Origin: a bacterium
GTDB lineage: Bacteria > Actinomycetota > Coriobacteriia > Coriobacteriales > CADBOM01
Length of the DNA: 64,000 nt
NCBI GenBank assembly: GCA_024698685.1
Contig: JAILQZ010000017.1
Span: forward strand, 27,206-91,205
Reading direction: 5' to 3'
Shown: positions 1 to 9,300 of the stretch, in pieces
How the letters are laid out: every line of letters starts with the position of its first letter
How positions within the stretch are numbered: the first letter of the stretch is position 1
Translations under genes and position numbers: made by a program
The notes under the pieces: model-generated
Told to the model about the DNA's origin: nothing
The model's input: only the letters and a program-made list of their open reading frames with translations
The model's database searches: none

Positions 1-40
1 AACTAAATGGGTTATGCCCCACTTTTGAAAGGAATGTACC

Positions 41-1006
41 ATGAAGCGCCACCTCATCAAGCTTTCGGCGTTCGTTATCGCAGCAATGCTCGCACTCGTT
101 GCGTTGGCGGGATGTGGACAGAAGCAGGAGGCTGTCGATGCGCTCAGGACGGCATCGGAGAACCTCAAGGCCGCGGATTCGGTCGCGATGAATGCCGACA
201 TCACGATCAAGATGAAGGCCGAGGGCATCCCGCTCTCGATCAACGGAAACGTCGACTTGGCCTACGCCTACGACAGCGACGACCTCAGCAAGCTCCTCGA
301 CTCGCAGCTCCTCTATAAGATGAACATGGGTCTCCTCGGGGAGTCGGTCGATATGGGAATCTATTACACCGACCACAAGCTCTACCTGAGCGTGGCAACC
401 CCCGATGGCACCGAGAACGTCTACTACACTCTCGAGGGCGACACGGCAGACCTGATATCGACCTATCTCTCGGAAAACGGAGAGGATCTCATGGCCGAGT
501 TGGACAAGCTCGACTTTCCCGATGTCTACAATTACTTCACCAACGGCAGGATCGAGGGCAGCACCTACGAGCTCGAGTTCGATGTGATGGGCTACCTCAG
601 CGACACGATGGGCGCATTGGCGAAGCTGGACGAGTCTGCCGATCCCAGCGAAACGGCGCAAGCCATGCAGGCTATCGGCAACCTTGTCAAGGGCCAGAAG
701 CCGAGGATCACGTTCACGCTCGACTCCAGCGGCAACTTCGAGACCTTTGAGTTCCTATGGGACATGGAGATCGACGGCACCGCCATGGGCTCGGGCGAAT
801 CGATCCCGCTCACCATCGTATATGCGGTCGAGGAGTTCAAAACCGGCGATGTCGAGTTCAACTGGCCCGACTTCTCCGGCTATAAGAATCAGGGCGACTT
901 CTTCGAGCAGTTCGGCAACGGCGACGGCGGAGGCCTCGACCTCGACGACTACGAGAACCTCGATGACATCCTCCCCGTGGCGTTTCGGGGTGGCGAAGCG
1001 GCATAG
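41..1006 (+). CDS. secreted lipoprotein, function unknown
   Basis: The N-terminus MKRHLIKLSAFVIAAMLALVALAGC is a signal peptide with a lipobox (LAGC). The mature part is Asp/Glu/Gly-rich with no catalytic motif I recognise. A purine-rich GAAAGGAA lies upstream of the ATG. Confidence 0.6.
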   Translation: MKRHLIKLSAFVIAAMLALVALAGCGQKQEAVDALRTASENLKAADSVAMNADITIKMKAEGIPLSINGNVDLAYAYDSDDLSKLLDSQLLYKMNMGLLGESVDMGIYYTDHKLYLSVATPDGTENVYYTLEGDTADLISTYLSENGEDLMAELDKLDFPDVYNYFTNGRIEGSTYELEFDVMGYLSDTMGALAKLDESADPSETAQAMQAIGNLVKGQKPRITFTLDSSGNFETFEFLWDMEIDGTAMGSGESIPLTIVYAVEEFKTGDVEFNWPDFSGYKNQGDFFEQFGNGDGGGLDLDDYENLDDILPVAFRGGEAA

Positions 1007-1027
1007 CGACCTAAGGAAGGTGATGGC

Positions 1028-1876
1028 ATGGCAAACGCAGGCTACAAGCGCATTCTGACGATTCAGGACATCTCGTGCTTCGGGCAATGCTCGCTCACGG
1101 TTGCCCTCCCGATTCTCTCGGCATGCGGGTTCGAAACCTGCATCATCCCGTCTGCCGTGCTGTCAACGCACACCGGCGGCTTCACCGGCTTCACATGCCG
1201 TGACCTCTCCGAGGACATCCCGCAGATCGCAGCACACTGGAAGAACGAGGGAATCTCGTTCGATGCGATATACACGGGCTACCTCGGCGGAATCTCCGAG
1301 ATCGCCTCTGCCATCGACATCATCGACGAGCTTGCCAAACCCGGCGCGCTCATCGCGATCGACCCCGCGATGGCCGACCTCGGCAAGCTCTACCCCGCCT
1401 TCGATGAAGCCTACGTCGAGGCGATGAAGGGCCTGTGCGCAAAGGCCGACATCGTGCTCCCCAACATCACGGAGGCGTGCTTCCTCACTGGGACCCCATA
1501 CAGGGAGAGCTACGATCGCGCATGGATCGACGAGCTTCTTGAAAAGGTCCTCGCGCTCGGCGCCAAGAGCGTCGTCCTCACAGGCGTGAGCTACGACGAT
1601 GAAACCACCGGAGTCTGCGTCTACGATGGCGACATCTCGAGCTACTACCGCCATAGGCGCATCTCGAAGGGTTGCCACGGCACGGGCGACGTCTACGCGT
1701 CGGCCTTCGTCGGCCTCTACCTCAACGGCTTCTCGATCGTCGAGGCTGCGAGCGGAGCGGCCGATTTCGTCGTGATGTGCATCGAGAGCACTATCGACGA
1801 CAAGGATCATTGGTACGGCGTGAAGTTCGAGCCTGTGCTCGGAAAGCTGATCGAGGAGATCGCGGGTGCGCAGTAA
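1028..1876 (+). CDS. pdxK: pyridoxal/pyridoxamine kinase (ribokinase superfamily)
   Basis: The N-terminus KRILTIQDISCFGQCSLTVALPILSACG and the C-terminal GTGDVYASAF anion-hole motif are typical of PdxK/PdxY-type kinases. An AAGGAAGG RBS lies 5-6 nt upstream of the ATG. Confidence 0.8.
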   Translation: MANAGYKRILTIQDISCFGQCSLTVALPILSACGFETCIIPSAVLSTHTGGFTGFTCRDLSEDIPQIAAHWKNEGISFDAIYTGYLGGISEIASAIDIIDELAKPGALIAIDPAMADLGKLYPAFDEAYVEAMKGLCAKADIVLPNITEACFLTGTPYRESYDRAWIDELLEKVLALGAKSVVLTGVSYDDETTGVCVYDGDISSYYRHRRISKGCHGTGDVYASAFVGLYLNGFSIVEAASGAADFVVMCIESTIDDKDHWYGVKFEPVLGKLIEEIAGAQ

Positions 1877-1903
1877 CGAAACCAACAAGCATGGAATAGC
1901 GAG

Positions 1904-1929
1904 CGAGAGCGCCCCTCTGGGCGCTCTCG
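1904..1929. terminator. bidirectional stem-loop between convergent pdxK and the RND pump gene
   Basis: CGAGAGCGCCC-CTCT-GGGCGCTCTCG forms a perfect 11-bp GC-rich stem with a 4-nt loop. It is followed by TTGCGTTCT on the plus strand. Confidence 0.6.
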
Positions 1930-1966
1930 TTGCGTTCTAAGGCGTGTTTTTGGTTTGCGCCGATAC

Positions 1967-4900
1967 TTACTCGTCAGCTTCGGAATCTGGCATCTCATCG
2001 GCTTCTATGGCCTGTTGCGGCTCGTCAACCACCTCGGCATCGAGGATCTCCTCCGCGTCGTCGGGCCCCTCGGCCAGCAGCCCGCTGTCCTCGGCGACCG
2101 CATCGAGCTGCGCCTCGAAGTCCTCGATCGCGCCCTCGGGCAGGGCGCTAGACTCGTAGTCGGACGAGGGCAGCGCCACCGAGCCATCGACGCCGGCGCC
2201 AGCAGCTGCGAGGGAGGCCCTCTCAGCGCGCGCAGCCTTGCGGGCGGCCTTCTTCGTCTTGCGCTTCTCCTTGTCGAAGATCATGTAGAGCGTGGGCACG
2301 ATGAATAGCGTGAGCAGCGTAGAGTAGAGCAGTCCTCCGATGACCGCCACGGCCATCGGCTGCGAGAGCTGGGAGCCCATGCCGCGGCCTAGCGCCATGA
2401 GGAACATCGCGACGATGGTGGTCAGCGCGGTGATTAGGATCGGGCGGATCCTCATGCGGCCCGTGGCGATCAGCGCGTCGTGGATGTTCATCCCCTCTTC
2501 GCGCATCTGGTTCGCGAAGTCGACGAAGATGATTCCGTTGTTGACTACGATGCCGGTCAGGATCACCATGCCGATCACCGCGACGAGCGAGAGGTCCATG
2601 CCGCAAACGAGCAGGCCGAACACGGCACCCGTGTAGCACAGCGGCAGCGTGAACATGATGATGAACGGGTATTTGAGCGACTGGAACTGCGCGACCATGA
2701 CGAGATAGACCAGGATGATCGCGAGCAGGAGGACTCGCATGAGGTCGCCCATGGCGTCGGCGATCTCCTCGGCCTCGCCGCTGGTCTCGAGCCTATAGCC
2801 CTCGGGCAGCTCGAGGTCGGCGACGTATTCGTTGATGTCGCCACCGAGCTTGCCGATGTTGTAGCCATCTGCCACCGAGGCGGTTATCGTGATGACCCTG
2901 CTCTGGTTGTCATGCGCGATCGTCTGGTAGCCCTCGGCGCGCTTGACCTCGGCGATGTCCTTGAGCTTGACCGTAGAGCCGGTGGTGGGCGATTTGATCT
3001 TGAGATTCTCGAGGTCCTTGAGCCCCTCGTCCTTCGCATCGGACTTCGCGATGTAGACCGGATAGTCGTCCGGCCCGTTCGAGACGCTCGTGATGTTCTG
3101 CGAGTCGGCGAGGAGGATGGCCACCTCCTGGTAGACCTGCGCCACCGTTAGGCCCTGCTCCATCGCCTTGTCCTTGTTGACGACGATTCGGAACTCGTCC
3201 TTGGGCTTCGCGTAGCTGCTCGTAACCTCGCCCACGCCATCCATCGCCTCGAGGTCGGCGGTGATGCTGCGCGATAGCTCGAGTATGCCGTCGAGGTCAT
3301 AGCCGTAGAGCGCAATGGTGACGCCCTGGCCCGTGACCGCGGAGATATCCATCATCGAGCTGGCCGAACTCGCATCGATACCGAGCTCCTCGGCCTTGGA
3401 GTCGATCTCCTTGGCGAGATCGATCGAGGAAACCGAGGTCTTGTCTTCGAGAAGCGTGTAAATGGTTACGGAGTTGCCGGTGCCGCTGGACAGGGTCTGT
3501 CCGTTGTTGCTGCCAGAGGAGATCGTCACTCCCGTGGAATCGACGCCTTCCATCTCGCTGATCTCCGCCATCAGCTTCTCGGCCGTCGCAACCTTGTCGT
3601 CGTATGTGTCCTCATCCTCGAAGTGCAGCGTCGTGGTCATCTGGTTCGTGTTCATCTCGGGGAAGAACTGGGTGCCCATGTTGCCGACGATGACCATCGC
3701 CGCCACGAAGAGCGTGCCGGCCGCGACGAGCGGGATCCACTTGCGCTTGAGCGCCTTGTCGAGCACAAGCGCGTACTTGTCGACGATCTTGTCGAAGGTC
3801 TTGAAGCGCTTCATCTTCGCGCCTCTGAGCGCGCCGGAGCACATCATCGGAACGAAGGTGAGGGCTACGACGAGGCTGGCGAGAAGCGAGAAGCAGATCG
3901 TGAGCGCGAGGTCGACGAACAGCTGGCGCACGAGTCCGCTGGCGAATGCGAACGGCAGGAAGACCGCGCAGGTCGTCAGCGTAGAAGCGAGGATGGCGCC
4001 GGTAACCTGACGCGCGCCCTTGACCGCGGAGGCCTTTGCGTCGGGCTCCTCCTCATGCGTCCTGTAGATGTTCTCGATAACGACGATCGAGTTGTCGACC
4101 AGCATGCCTACGCCCAACGCGAGTCCCGAGAGCGAGATCATGTTCAGCGAGATGCCCGTGAAGTACATCAACAGCAGCGCGAAGACGATGGATAGCGGGA
4201 TCGAGAGCGCGACTACGCCGGTCATCTTCCAGCTCCTCAGGAAGAGGAAGAGGACGAGGACGGCGAGGATCGCGCCGAAGATGAGGTTGCCCGAGAGCGA
4301 GTCAAGAACCATGTCGACGTACTCGCCCTGGTCCATCAGCATGACCATGTGCAGGTCGGGGTTATCCTTTTGGAGCTGCTCGACCTTCTTCTCCACCGCG
4401 TGCGCGGCGGCCGTGGTCGAGGCCTCCGACTGCTTCTGCACCTGGATGATCACGGCATCGTTGCCGTTGACCTTCGTGTAGCTGTCGTCGGCGTTGTCCA
4501 GCATCTCGACCTTGGCCACGTCTCCGAGGCGAATCTCGATGTCGGCATCCTCGAGGCCGACGAGCAGCAGGTCCTCGAGCTCGGCGGCGGTGTCGAAGCC
4601 GTTGCCCACCCTGACCTGCATCTTGTTGCCGCCGTCATATGCGTAGCCCGCGGGGAAGTCCATGTTGTTCGCGACTATGATCTGCGCGATCATCTCGGGA
4701 GTCAGCATGTCGCTGGCATCGGTGACGCCCGCAATCGACATCAGCGACTTGATGTCCTCGTTCTTCTTCTTGAGCTTGTCGGTGTCGATGGTGACCATCA
4801 TGCGCTGCTCGATAAGGCCGGACGCGTTGACCGATGCTACGCCCTCTACGCTCTCGAGAGCGGGTTCGATCTCGTCGATTACGTAGTCCGAGACCTCGGC

Positions 4901-5347
4901 TTGGTCGGCTCCCGCCAAGTCGACGGTGATCACCGCGATCGGCAGGCTATCCATGTTGATGCGAAGCAGCGATGGCGTTCGCGAATCATCCGGCAGGTAG
5001 TCCTCCAGAAGGTCGAGGCTCTCACGCAGCTCGAGCATGACCGAGGACATATCGACGCCGTCGTTGAACTCGAGCATGATCATCGACATCGACTCGGACG
5101 AGAACGACCGCATGTCCTTCAAGCCGCTCGTCGTGGAGAGCGCGGATTCGATGGGATCGGTGACCGTCGTCTCCATCTGCTCGGGGCTGGCGCCCGGATA
5201 GATGGTGTATACGACGACGTATGGGAGATTGAGCTCCGGGATCAGGGAGGTGGACATCTTGGTCAACGATGTGAAGCCGAGGACCACGATGGCGATGCAA
5301 GCCACTATGATCGTGAATGGCCTCTTTACGCTAAACGAAGGAAGCAA
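1967..5347 (-). CDS. RND-family efflux transporter permease (AcrB/SwrC-like) with an acidic C-terminal tail
   Basis: The 1126-aa protein starts FSVKRPFTIIVACIAIVVLG and has 12-TM AcrB-type architecture with two large extracytoplasmic loops. The last ~90 aa are Asp/Glu/Ala-rich. It uses a TTG start preceded by AGGAGA. No membrane-fusion or outer-membrane partner gene is adjacent. Confidence 0.85.
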   Translation of the reverse strand: MLPSFSVKRPFTIIVACIAIVVLGFTSLTKMSTSLIPELNLPYVVVYTIYPGASPEQMETTVTDPIESALSTTSGLKDMRSFSSESMSMIMLEFNDGVDMSSVMLELRESLDLLEDYLPDDSRTPSLLRINMDSLPIAVITVDLAGADQAEVSDYVIDEIEPALESVEGVASVNASGLIEQRMMVTIDTDKLKKKNEDIKSLMSIAGVTDASDMLTPEMIAQIIVANNMDFPAGYAYDGGNKMQVRVGNGFDTAAELEDLLLVGLEDADIEIRLGDVAKVEMLDNADDSYTKVNGNDAVIIQVQKQSEASTTAAAHAVEKKVEQLQKDNPDLHMVMLMDQGEYVDMVLDSLSGNLIFGAILAVLVLFLFLRSWKMTGVVALSIPLSIVFALLLMYFTGISLNMISLSGLALGVGMLVDNSIVVIENIYRTHEEEPDAKASAVKGARQVTGAILASTLTTCAVFLPFAFASGLVRQLFVDLALTICFSLLASLVVALTFVPMMCSGALRGAKMKRFKTFDKIVDKYALVLDKALKRKWIPLVAAGTLFVAAMVIVGNMGTQFFPEMNTNQMTTTLHFEDEDTYDDKVATAEKLMAEISEMEGVDSTGVTISSGSNNGQTLSSGTGNSVTIYTLLEDKTSVSSIDLAKEIDSKAEELGIDASSASSMMDISAVTGQGVTIALYGYDLDGILELSRSITADLEAMDGVGEVTSSYAKPKDEFRIVVNKDKAMEQGLTVAQVYQEVAILLADSQNITSVSNGPDDYPVYIAKSDAKDEGLKDLENLKIKSPTTGSTVKLKDIAEVKRAEGYQTIAHDNQSRVITITASVADGYNIGKLGGDINEYVADLELPEGYRLETSGEAEEIADAMGDLMRVLLLAIILVYLVMVAQFQSLKYPFIIMFTLPLCYTGAVFGLLVCGMDLSLVAVIGMVILTGIVVNNGIIFVDFANQMREEGMNIHDALIATGRMRIRPILITALTTIVAMFLMALGRGMGSQLSQPMAVAVIGGLLYSTLLTLFIVPTLYMIFDKEKRKTKKAARKAARAERASLAAAGAGVDGSVALPSSDYESSALPEGAIEDFEAQLDAVAEDSGLLAEGPDDAEEILDAEVVDEPQQAIEADEMPDSEADE

Positions 5348-5362
5348 GGCTTCTCCTGTCCA

Positions 5363-6880
5363 CTACCCTTTTGCTCGATCGGTTACGAAAGAGCATCCCC
5401 AGTCGAGCAAAGCGTCGACGTTTCCCATTGTAGGCGCTTCGCAATAGACTCGCACCAACGGCTCGGTGCCAGAGGGTCTCATCAGCAGCCAAGCGCCATT
5501 GGAGAATTTGAATTTTATACCGTCCAAGGTCTCAATATCGGACAAATCTATGCCCGAAATCGCGCAAGGCGCGGAATAACTGCTGTCAGGCGCAGTTCTT
5601 CGAGCTTCGACCTTGGCGAGGAAGCGCTCCTTTTGCTCGGGCGAGATCTTCAGGTCGCGTCTTGCGTACTCGACGGCGCCGGCCTTGGCGAAGAGCGCAT
5701 GGACGAGTTCGCCGAGCGTCTGGTGGCGCTGCGCCATCATCTCGACGATCAGGAGGGCCATCAGCAGGCCGTCGCGCTCCTTGACATGCGTCGGGATTCC
5801 TATGCCTCCCGACTCCTCGCCACCGATGAGCACATCGCCGACGACCATCTCGACGTAGACCCATTTGAAGCCCACCGGGCGCGTGACCAGCTCGAGGCCG
5901 TACGCCTCGCAGAGCCTCTCGAGCATCGAGGTGAGCGCGTAGGTGCGCACCACCCTGCCGCTAAGGCCCTTGTCCTCCACGAGGTGCATCACCATCAGCG
6001 AGATGATCTTGTGCGGGCTGACGAAGATGCCACGCTCGTCGACCGCCCCGATGCGATCGGCATCGCCGTCGACGACGAGACCGGCATCGTACCCGCCCTC
6101 GACGACGGCTTCGGCTCCGCCATCGATCCACGGGCGAATCGGCTCGGGGTGCAATCCGTTGAAAGAGGGGTCGGCCGCGCTGTTCACCTCGTGGACCTCG
6201 ACACCTAGGTCGCGCAGCACGCCAGCGAGATACCCGCGACCGCTTCCGAACATCGGATCTACCACGACTCGCAGGTTCGCGGCGCGAATCGCCTCGGCAT
6301 CGACCAGGCTCTCGAGATTGGAGATGTAGGGTTCCATGATGTTGGCGAGCGCAAATGGCGCTCCAGCGATCTCAGCCACGCCGCCGCTGCCGTCGAAACC
6401 GGTGTTCCAAGCCGCATCGGCAAGCTCCTTCGCATGCGCGAAGCTGAGCGGAGGTTCGTCTGCGAGCAGATCCTCCACAGCGTCGGTGAACTCCTTGGGG
6501 GAGGCCCCGCCGTCGGACAGGCGCAGCTTGATGCCGAGATATTCGGCAGGATTGTGGCTCGAGGTGATCATGATGCCGCCGATGGCATCGGAATCGCGCG
6601 AAACGATCCAGCAAAGCGCCGGGGTCGGGCAGAACCTGTCGCTGAGCATGACTTCGAAGCCCCGCGCCGCGACGATGGAGGCGGCCAGCACGGCGTATCG
6701 AGAGGCCTGGGCGCGGCAATCGAAGCCGATGTAGATGCGCCCCGAGGCACCATCGGCCGCATAGGTGCGCGCAGCGGCGTCGACGGCAATGGCGAGGTTC
6801 TCGTCGGTAAAGCCCTCCCCTATGATCGCACGCCAACCGTCCGTGCCGAATCGGATTTCCTTGCTCGGATCTGCGCCCAT
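5363..6880 (-). CDS. phosphoglucomutase/phosphomannomutase family protein
   Basis: Contains FGTDGWRA, the active-site loop TSSHNPAEYLGIK and the metal-binding motif DGDADR. I prefer the ATG at 6880 (MGADPSK), which has GAGGGGAG upstream, over the ORF-track start at 6895. Confidence 0.85.
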   Translation of the reverse strand: MGADPSKEIRFGTDGWRAIIGEGFTDENLAIAVDAAARTYAADGASGRIYIGFDCRAQASRYAVLAASIVAARGFEVMLSDRFCPTPALCWIVSRDSDAIGGIMITSSHNPAEYLGIKLRLSDGGASPKEFTDAVEDLLADEPPLSFAHAKELADAAWNTGFDGSGGVAEIAGAPFALANIMEPYISNLESLVDAEAIRAANLRVVVDPMFGSGRGYLAGVLRDLGVEVHEVNSAADPSFNGLHPEPIRPWIDGGAEAVVEGGYDAGLVVDGDADRIGAVDERGIFVSPHKIISLMVMHLVEDKGLSGRVVRTYALTSMLERLCEAYGLELVTRPVGFKWVYVEMVVGDVLIGGEESGGIGIPTHVKERDGLLMALLIVEMMAQRHQTLGELVHALFAKAGAVEYARRDLKISPEQKERFLAKVEARRTAPDSSYSAPCAISGIDLSDIETLDGIKFKFSNGAWLLMRPSGTEPLVRVYCEAPTMGNVDALLDWGCSFVTDRAKG

Positions 6881-6974
6881 CGTCGCTCCCCTCACGTTCC
6901 TACAGCGCTAACCATTGTAGCGCTTGGCACCGGCAGCGGGCTGCACGCCTGCGCAACCGCACCGACAATCAGAA

Positions 6975-7003
6975 AAGCCAGCTCCAAGAAGAGGAGCTGG
7001 CTT
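6975..7003 (-). terminator. rho-independent terminator downstream of tRNA-Phe
   Basis: AAGCCAGCTCC-N7-GGAGCTGGCTT forms an 11-bp stem. On the minus strand it is followed by TTTTCT. Confidence 0.6.
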
Positions 7004-7011
7004 CGCATTCA

Positions 7012-7087
7012 TGGTGGTTGGGGACGGACTTGAACCGCCGGCACGGGGATTTTCAGTCCCCTGCTCTACCAACTGAGCTACCCAACC
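7012..7087 (-). tRNA. tRNA-Phe (GAA)
   Basis: The reverse complement GGTTGGGTAGCTCAGTTGGTAGAGCAGGGGACTGAAAATCCCCGTGCCGGCGGTTCAAGTCCGTCCCCAACCACCA folds as a cloverleaf. The anticodon loop is CTGAAAA and CCA is encoded. Confidence 0.95.
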
Positions 7088-7138
7088 TTGGCTTTGTCAT
7101 TCTACCATCGCAGGCAGAAGCGTCAAGCAGATAAAGCC

Positions 7139-8086
7139 TTAGTGGACGATAGTGTTGAATCCTGCATCCACGAAGACCTTGACGATCTCGTCGATTTCCT
7201 CATCCGACGGCGGCTCGGGCTCGACGGTCTTGCCCTTCCAGTTGAGGCGCTCCCACTTTACCTTGCCGAGTGCATGATACGGGAGAATCTGGACGAGCTC
7301 GACTGCGTCGGCGATCGGGAGGAGGAAGTCCTTGGTGGCAACGATGTTCTCCATGTCGGCATTGCAGGTCGGGATGACCGGAATGCGGATGTGGAACTTG
7401 CCGCCAGCCTCGGCGATCTTCACTGCGTTCTCGAGGATGAGCTCGTTCGGCACGCCAGTGAGCTCTGCGTGCTTCTCGCTGTCCATGTGCTTGATGTCAT
7501 AGAGGAAGCGGTCGGTGTAGGGAAGAACCTTCTCTATGCTCTCCCACGGCACGAATCCGCAGGTGTCGACGCAGGTGTCGATGTCCTCGCTCTTGGCAGC
7601 CTTGAGCAGCTCGGCCATGAAGTCGGCCTGCGCGAGGCACTCGCCGCCGGAGACGGTCAGGCCGCCGCCGGACTTCTCGAAGAACGGCTTGTCCTTGCGG
7701 ACGCGGTCCATGATCTCCTCGACGGTCTTGTCAGTGCCGCACCAGTAGAGCGCGCGGGGCAGGCAAGCCTTGATGCAAGCGCCGCACTCGACGCACTTCT
7801 CGGGGTCGATGTGATAGGTGAACTTCGGCTCGCCCTTGTCATCGACGAAGGCCTCGCGGGTGCGAGCGCCGGTCGGGCATGCCTGGAGGCAACGGCCGCA
7901 GTCCACGCACTTGTGCTTGAGCCAGTTGATCTCGGTCTGGAAGCGCTGGGACTCTGGGCTGTGGCACCAGAGGCACTTGAGCGGGCAGCCCTTGAAGAAT
8001 ACGGTGATGCGGATTCCCGGGCCATCGTGTACGGAGAAGCCTTGAGTATCGAAGACTTTTCCAGTGAGTTCCTTAGTCTCTGCCAT
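7139..8086 (-). CDS. glycyl-radical enzyme activating protein (radical SAM, long type with two ferredoxin-like clusters)
   Basis: DGPGIRITVFFKGCPLKCLWCHSPES carries the CX3CX2C motif. It also has CVDCGRCLQACP and CVECGACIKACLP clusters and a C-terminal TIM-barrel part. RBS is GAAGGAAGG. Confidence 0.85.
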   Translation of the reverse strand: MAETKELTGKVFDTQGFSVHDGPGIRITVFFKGCPLKCLWCHSPESQRFQTEINWLKHKCVDCGRCLQACPTGARTREAFVDDKGEPKFTYHIDPEKCVECGACIKACLPRALYWCGTDKTVEEIMDRVRKDKPFFEKSGGGLTVSGGECLAQADFMAELLKAAKSEDIDTCVDTCGFVPWESIEKVLPYTDRFLYDIKHMDSEKHAELTGVPNELILENAVKIAEAGGKFHIRIPVIPTCNADMENIVATKDFLLPIADAVELVQILPYHALGKVKWERLNWKGKTVEPEPPSDEEIDEIVKVFVDAGFNTIVH

Positions 8087-8283
8087 TTTCTACCTTCCTT
8101 CGCAAGGATCCTTCTATCCTTGACATTCTGTTTTTTGCCGAATGAAAGTATATATCAGTTATGCATTTTTGAATGGTGATAATCTCGAAACCCGTGAAGC
8201 GGCTCGTTATCGGCGAAATGCGGGGAAAGCGCGGAGGAACTCGGTCGTTCGCGGGCAATATCCGCGAATCAGTGGCGCAGCGC

Positions 8284-8312
8284 TTGCGCATAGGGCGCAC
8301 GTTGGCGATAAT
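8284..8312 (+). promoter_or_regulatory. candidate sigma-70-type promoter for tRNA-Glu
   Basis: TTGCGC (8284-8289), a 17-nt spacer, then GATAAT (8307-8312), about 40 nt upstream of the tRNA. Confidence 0.4.
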
Positions 8313-8350
8313 CTTGAATCACGCGCCCAATAGGCGCGATGCACGCGAGT

Positions 8351-8425
8351 GTCCCCATCGTCTAGCGGCCAGGACGGCGCCCTTTCAAGGCGCAAACACG
8401 GGTTCGATTCCCGTTGGGGGCACCA
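8351..8425 (+). tRNA. tRNA-Glu (TTC)
   Basis: GTCCCCATCGTCTAGCGGCCAGGACGGCGCCCTTTCAAGGCGCAAACACGGGTTCGATTCCCGTTGGGGGCACCA has anticodon loop CTTTCAA and encoded CCA. A T-run follows. Confidence 0.95.
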
Positions 8426-8483
8426 TTTTTATGCGCTTTTGCAGTTTGGATATGCGTTTGGGGAGCGGCGGGCCTGAGGCAGC

Positions 8484-9290
8484 CTAGACGATGTGGCCCA
8501 AGAAGTCCTTCGTCCTGTCCGACTTGGGATGGTCGAAGACCTCCTCGGGAGTTCCCTCCTCGACGATGACTCCTCCATCCATGAAGATGACCCTATCGGC
8601 GACGTCTCGCGCGAATCCCATCTCGTGCGTGACGACGATCATCGTCATTCCCCTCTGCGCAAGGCTCTTCATGACTGCGAGGACATCGCGCACCAACTCG
8701 GGGTCGAGGGCGCTCGTCGCCTCGTCGAAGAGCATGACATGCGGATCCATGGCCAGGGCGCGGGCGATCGCGACGCGCTGCTGCTGGCCTCCGGAGAGCT
8801 GCGCGGGCTTGTGGTCGGCGCGGTCGGAAAGGCCGACGCGCTCCAGAAGCTCGAGCGCGGCCTTCTCGGCCTCGGCCTTCGAGCGTTTGAGCACCTTGAT
8901 CTGCGCAAGCTCGACGTTCTTCAAGGCGGTGAGGTGCGGGAAGAGGTTGAACTGCTGGAAGACCATGCCGACCTTGGCGCGCAGCGCGTTGACGTCGCAC
9001 TTAGGGTCGGTGATCTCCTCATCCTCGATGTAGATGTGGCCCTTGGTGGGCTGCTCGAGGAGGTTGATGCAGCGCAGCATCGTCGACTTGCCCGAGCCGG
9101 ACGGCCCGAGGACGACTACCACTTCGCCGCGGTGGACTTCAAGATCGACGCCTTTGAGAACCTCGAGCTCGCCGAAGTACTTGTGCAGCCCGTCGATGCG
9201 TACCATCACTTCCCTAGAGGGCTTGGCCTTCTCGAATGCGCCGGTCTCGGCTTCGGCCTCGACCATGTTGATCTCGTCGCTCATATCCAA
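8484..9290 (-). CDS. amino-acid ABC transporter ATP-binding protein (GlnQ/HisP type)
   Basis: Contains Walker [10 protein letters not shown], the signature [15 protein letters not shown] and Walker [13 protein letters not shown]. Confidence 0.9.
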   Translation of the reverse strand: MDMSDEINMVEAEAETGAFEKAKPSREVMVRIDGLHKYFGELEVLKGVDLEVHRGEVVVVLGPSGSGKSTMLRCINLLEQPTKGHIYIEDEEITDPKCDVNALRAKVGMVFQQFNLFPHLTALKNVELAQIKVLKRSKAEAEKAALELLERVGLSDRADHKPAQLSGGQQQRVAIARALAMDPHVMLFDEATSALDPELVRDVLAVMKSLAQRGMTMIVVTHEMGFARDVADRVIFMDGGVIVEEGTPEEVFDHPKSDRTKDFLGHIV

Positions 9291-9300
9291 AGCCCTCCTC

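Noticed and set aside
4349-6208. Long plus-strand ORF (619 aa). Similar long antisense ORFs are 9034..10797, 13857..15491, 16578..18182, 22566..24407, 34752..36410, 46480..48276 and 57826..59982.
   Set aside because: Each lies antisense to a gene with strong family motifs (RND pump/PGM, ABC permease, ffh, smc, DUF853 ATPase, glycopolymer gene, uvrA, VanW). Their translations are Arg/Ala/Gly/Asp/Leu-rich low-complexity sequence with no motifs. Long stop-free antisense frames are expected in GC-rich DNA.
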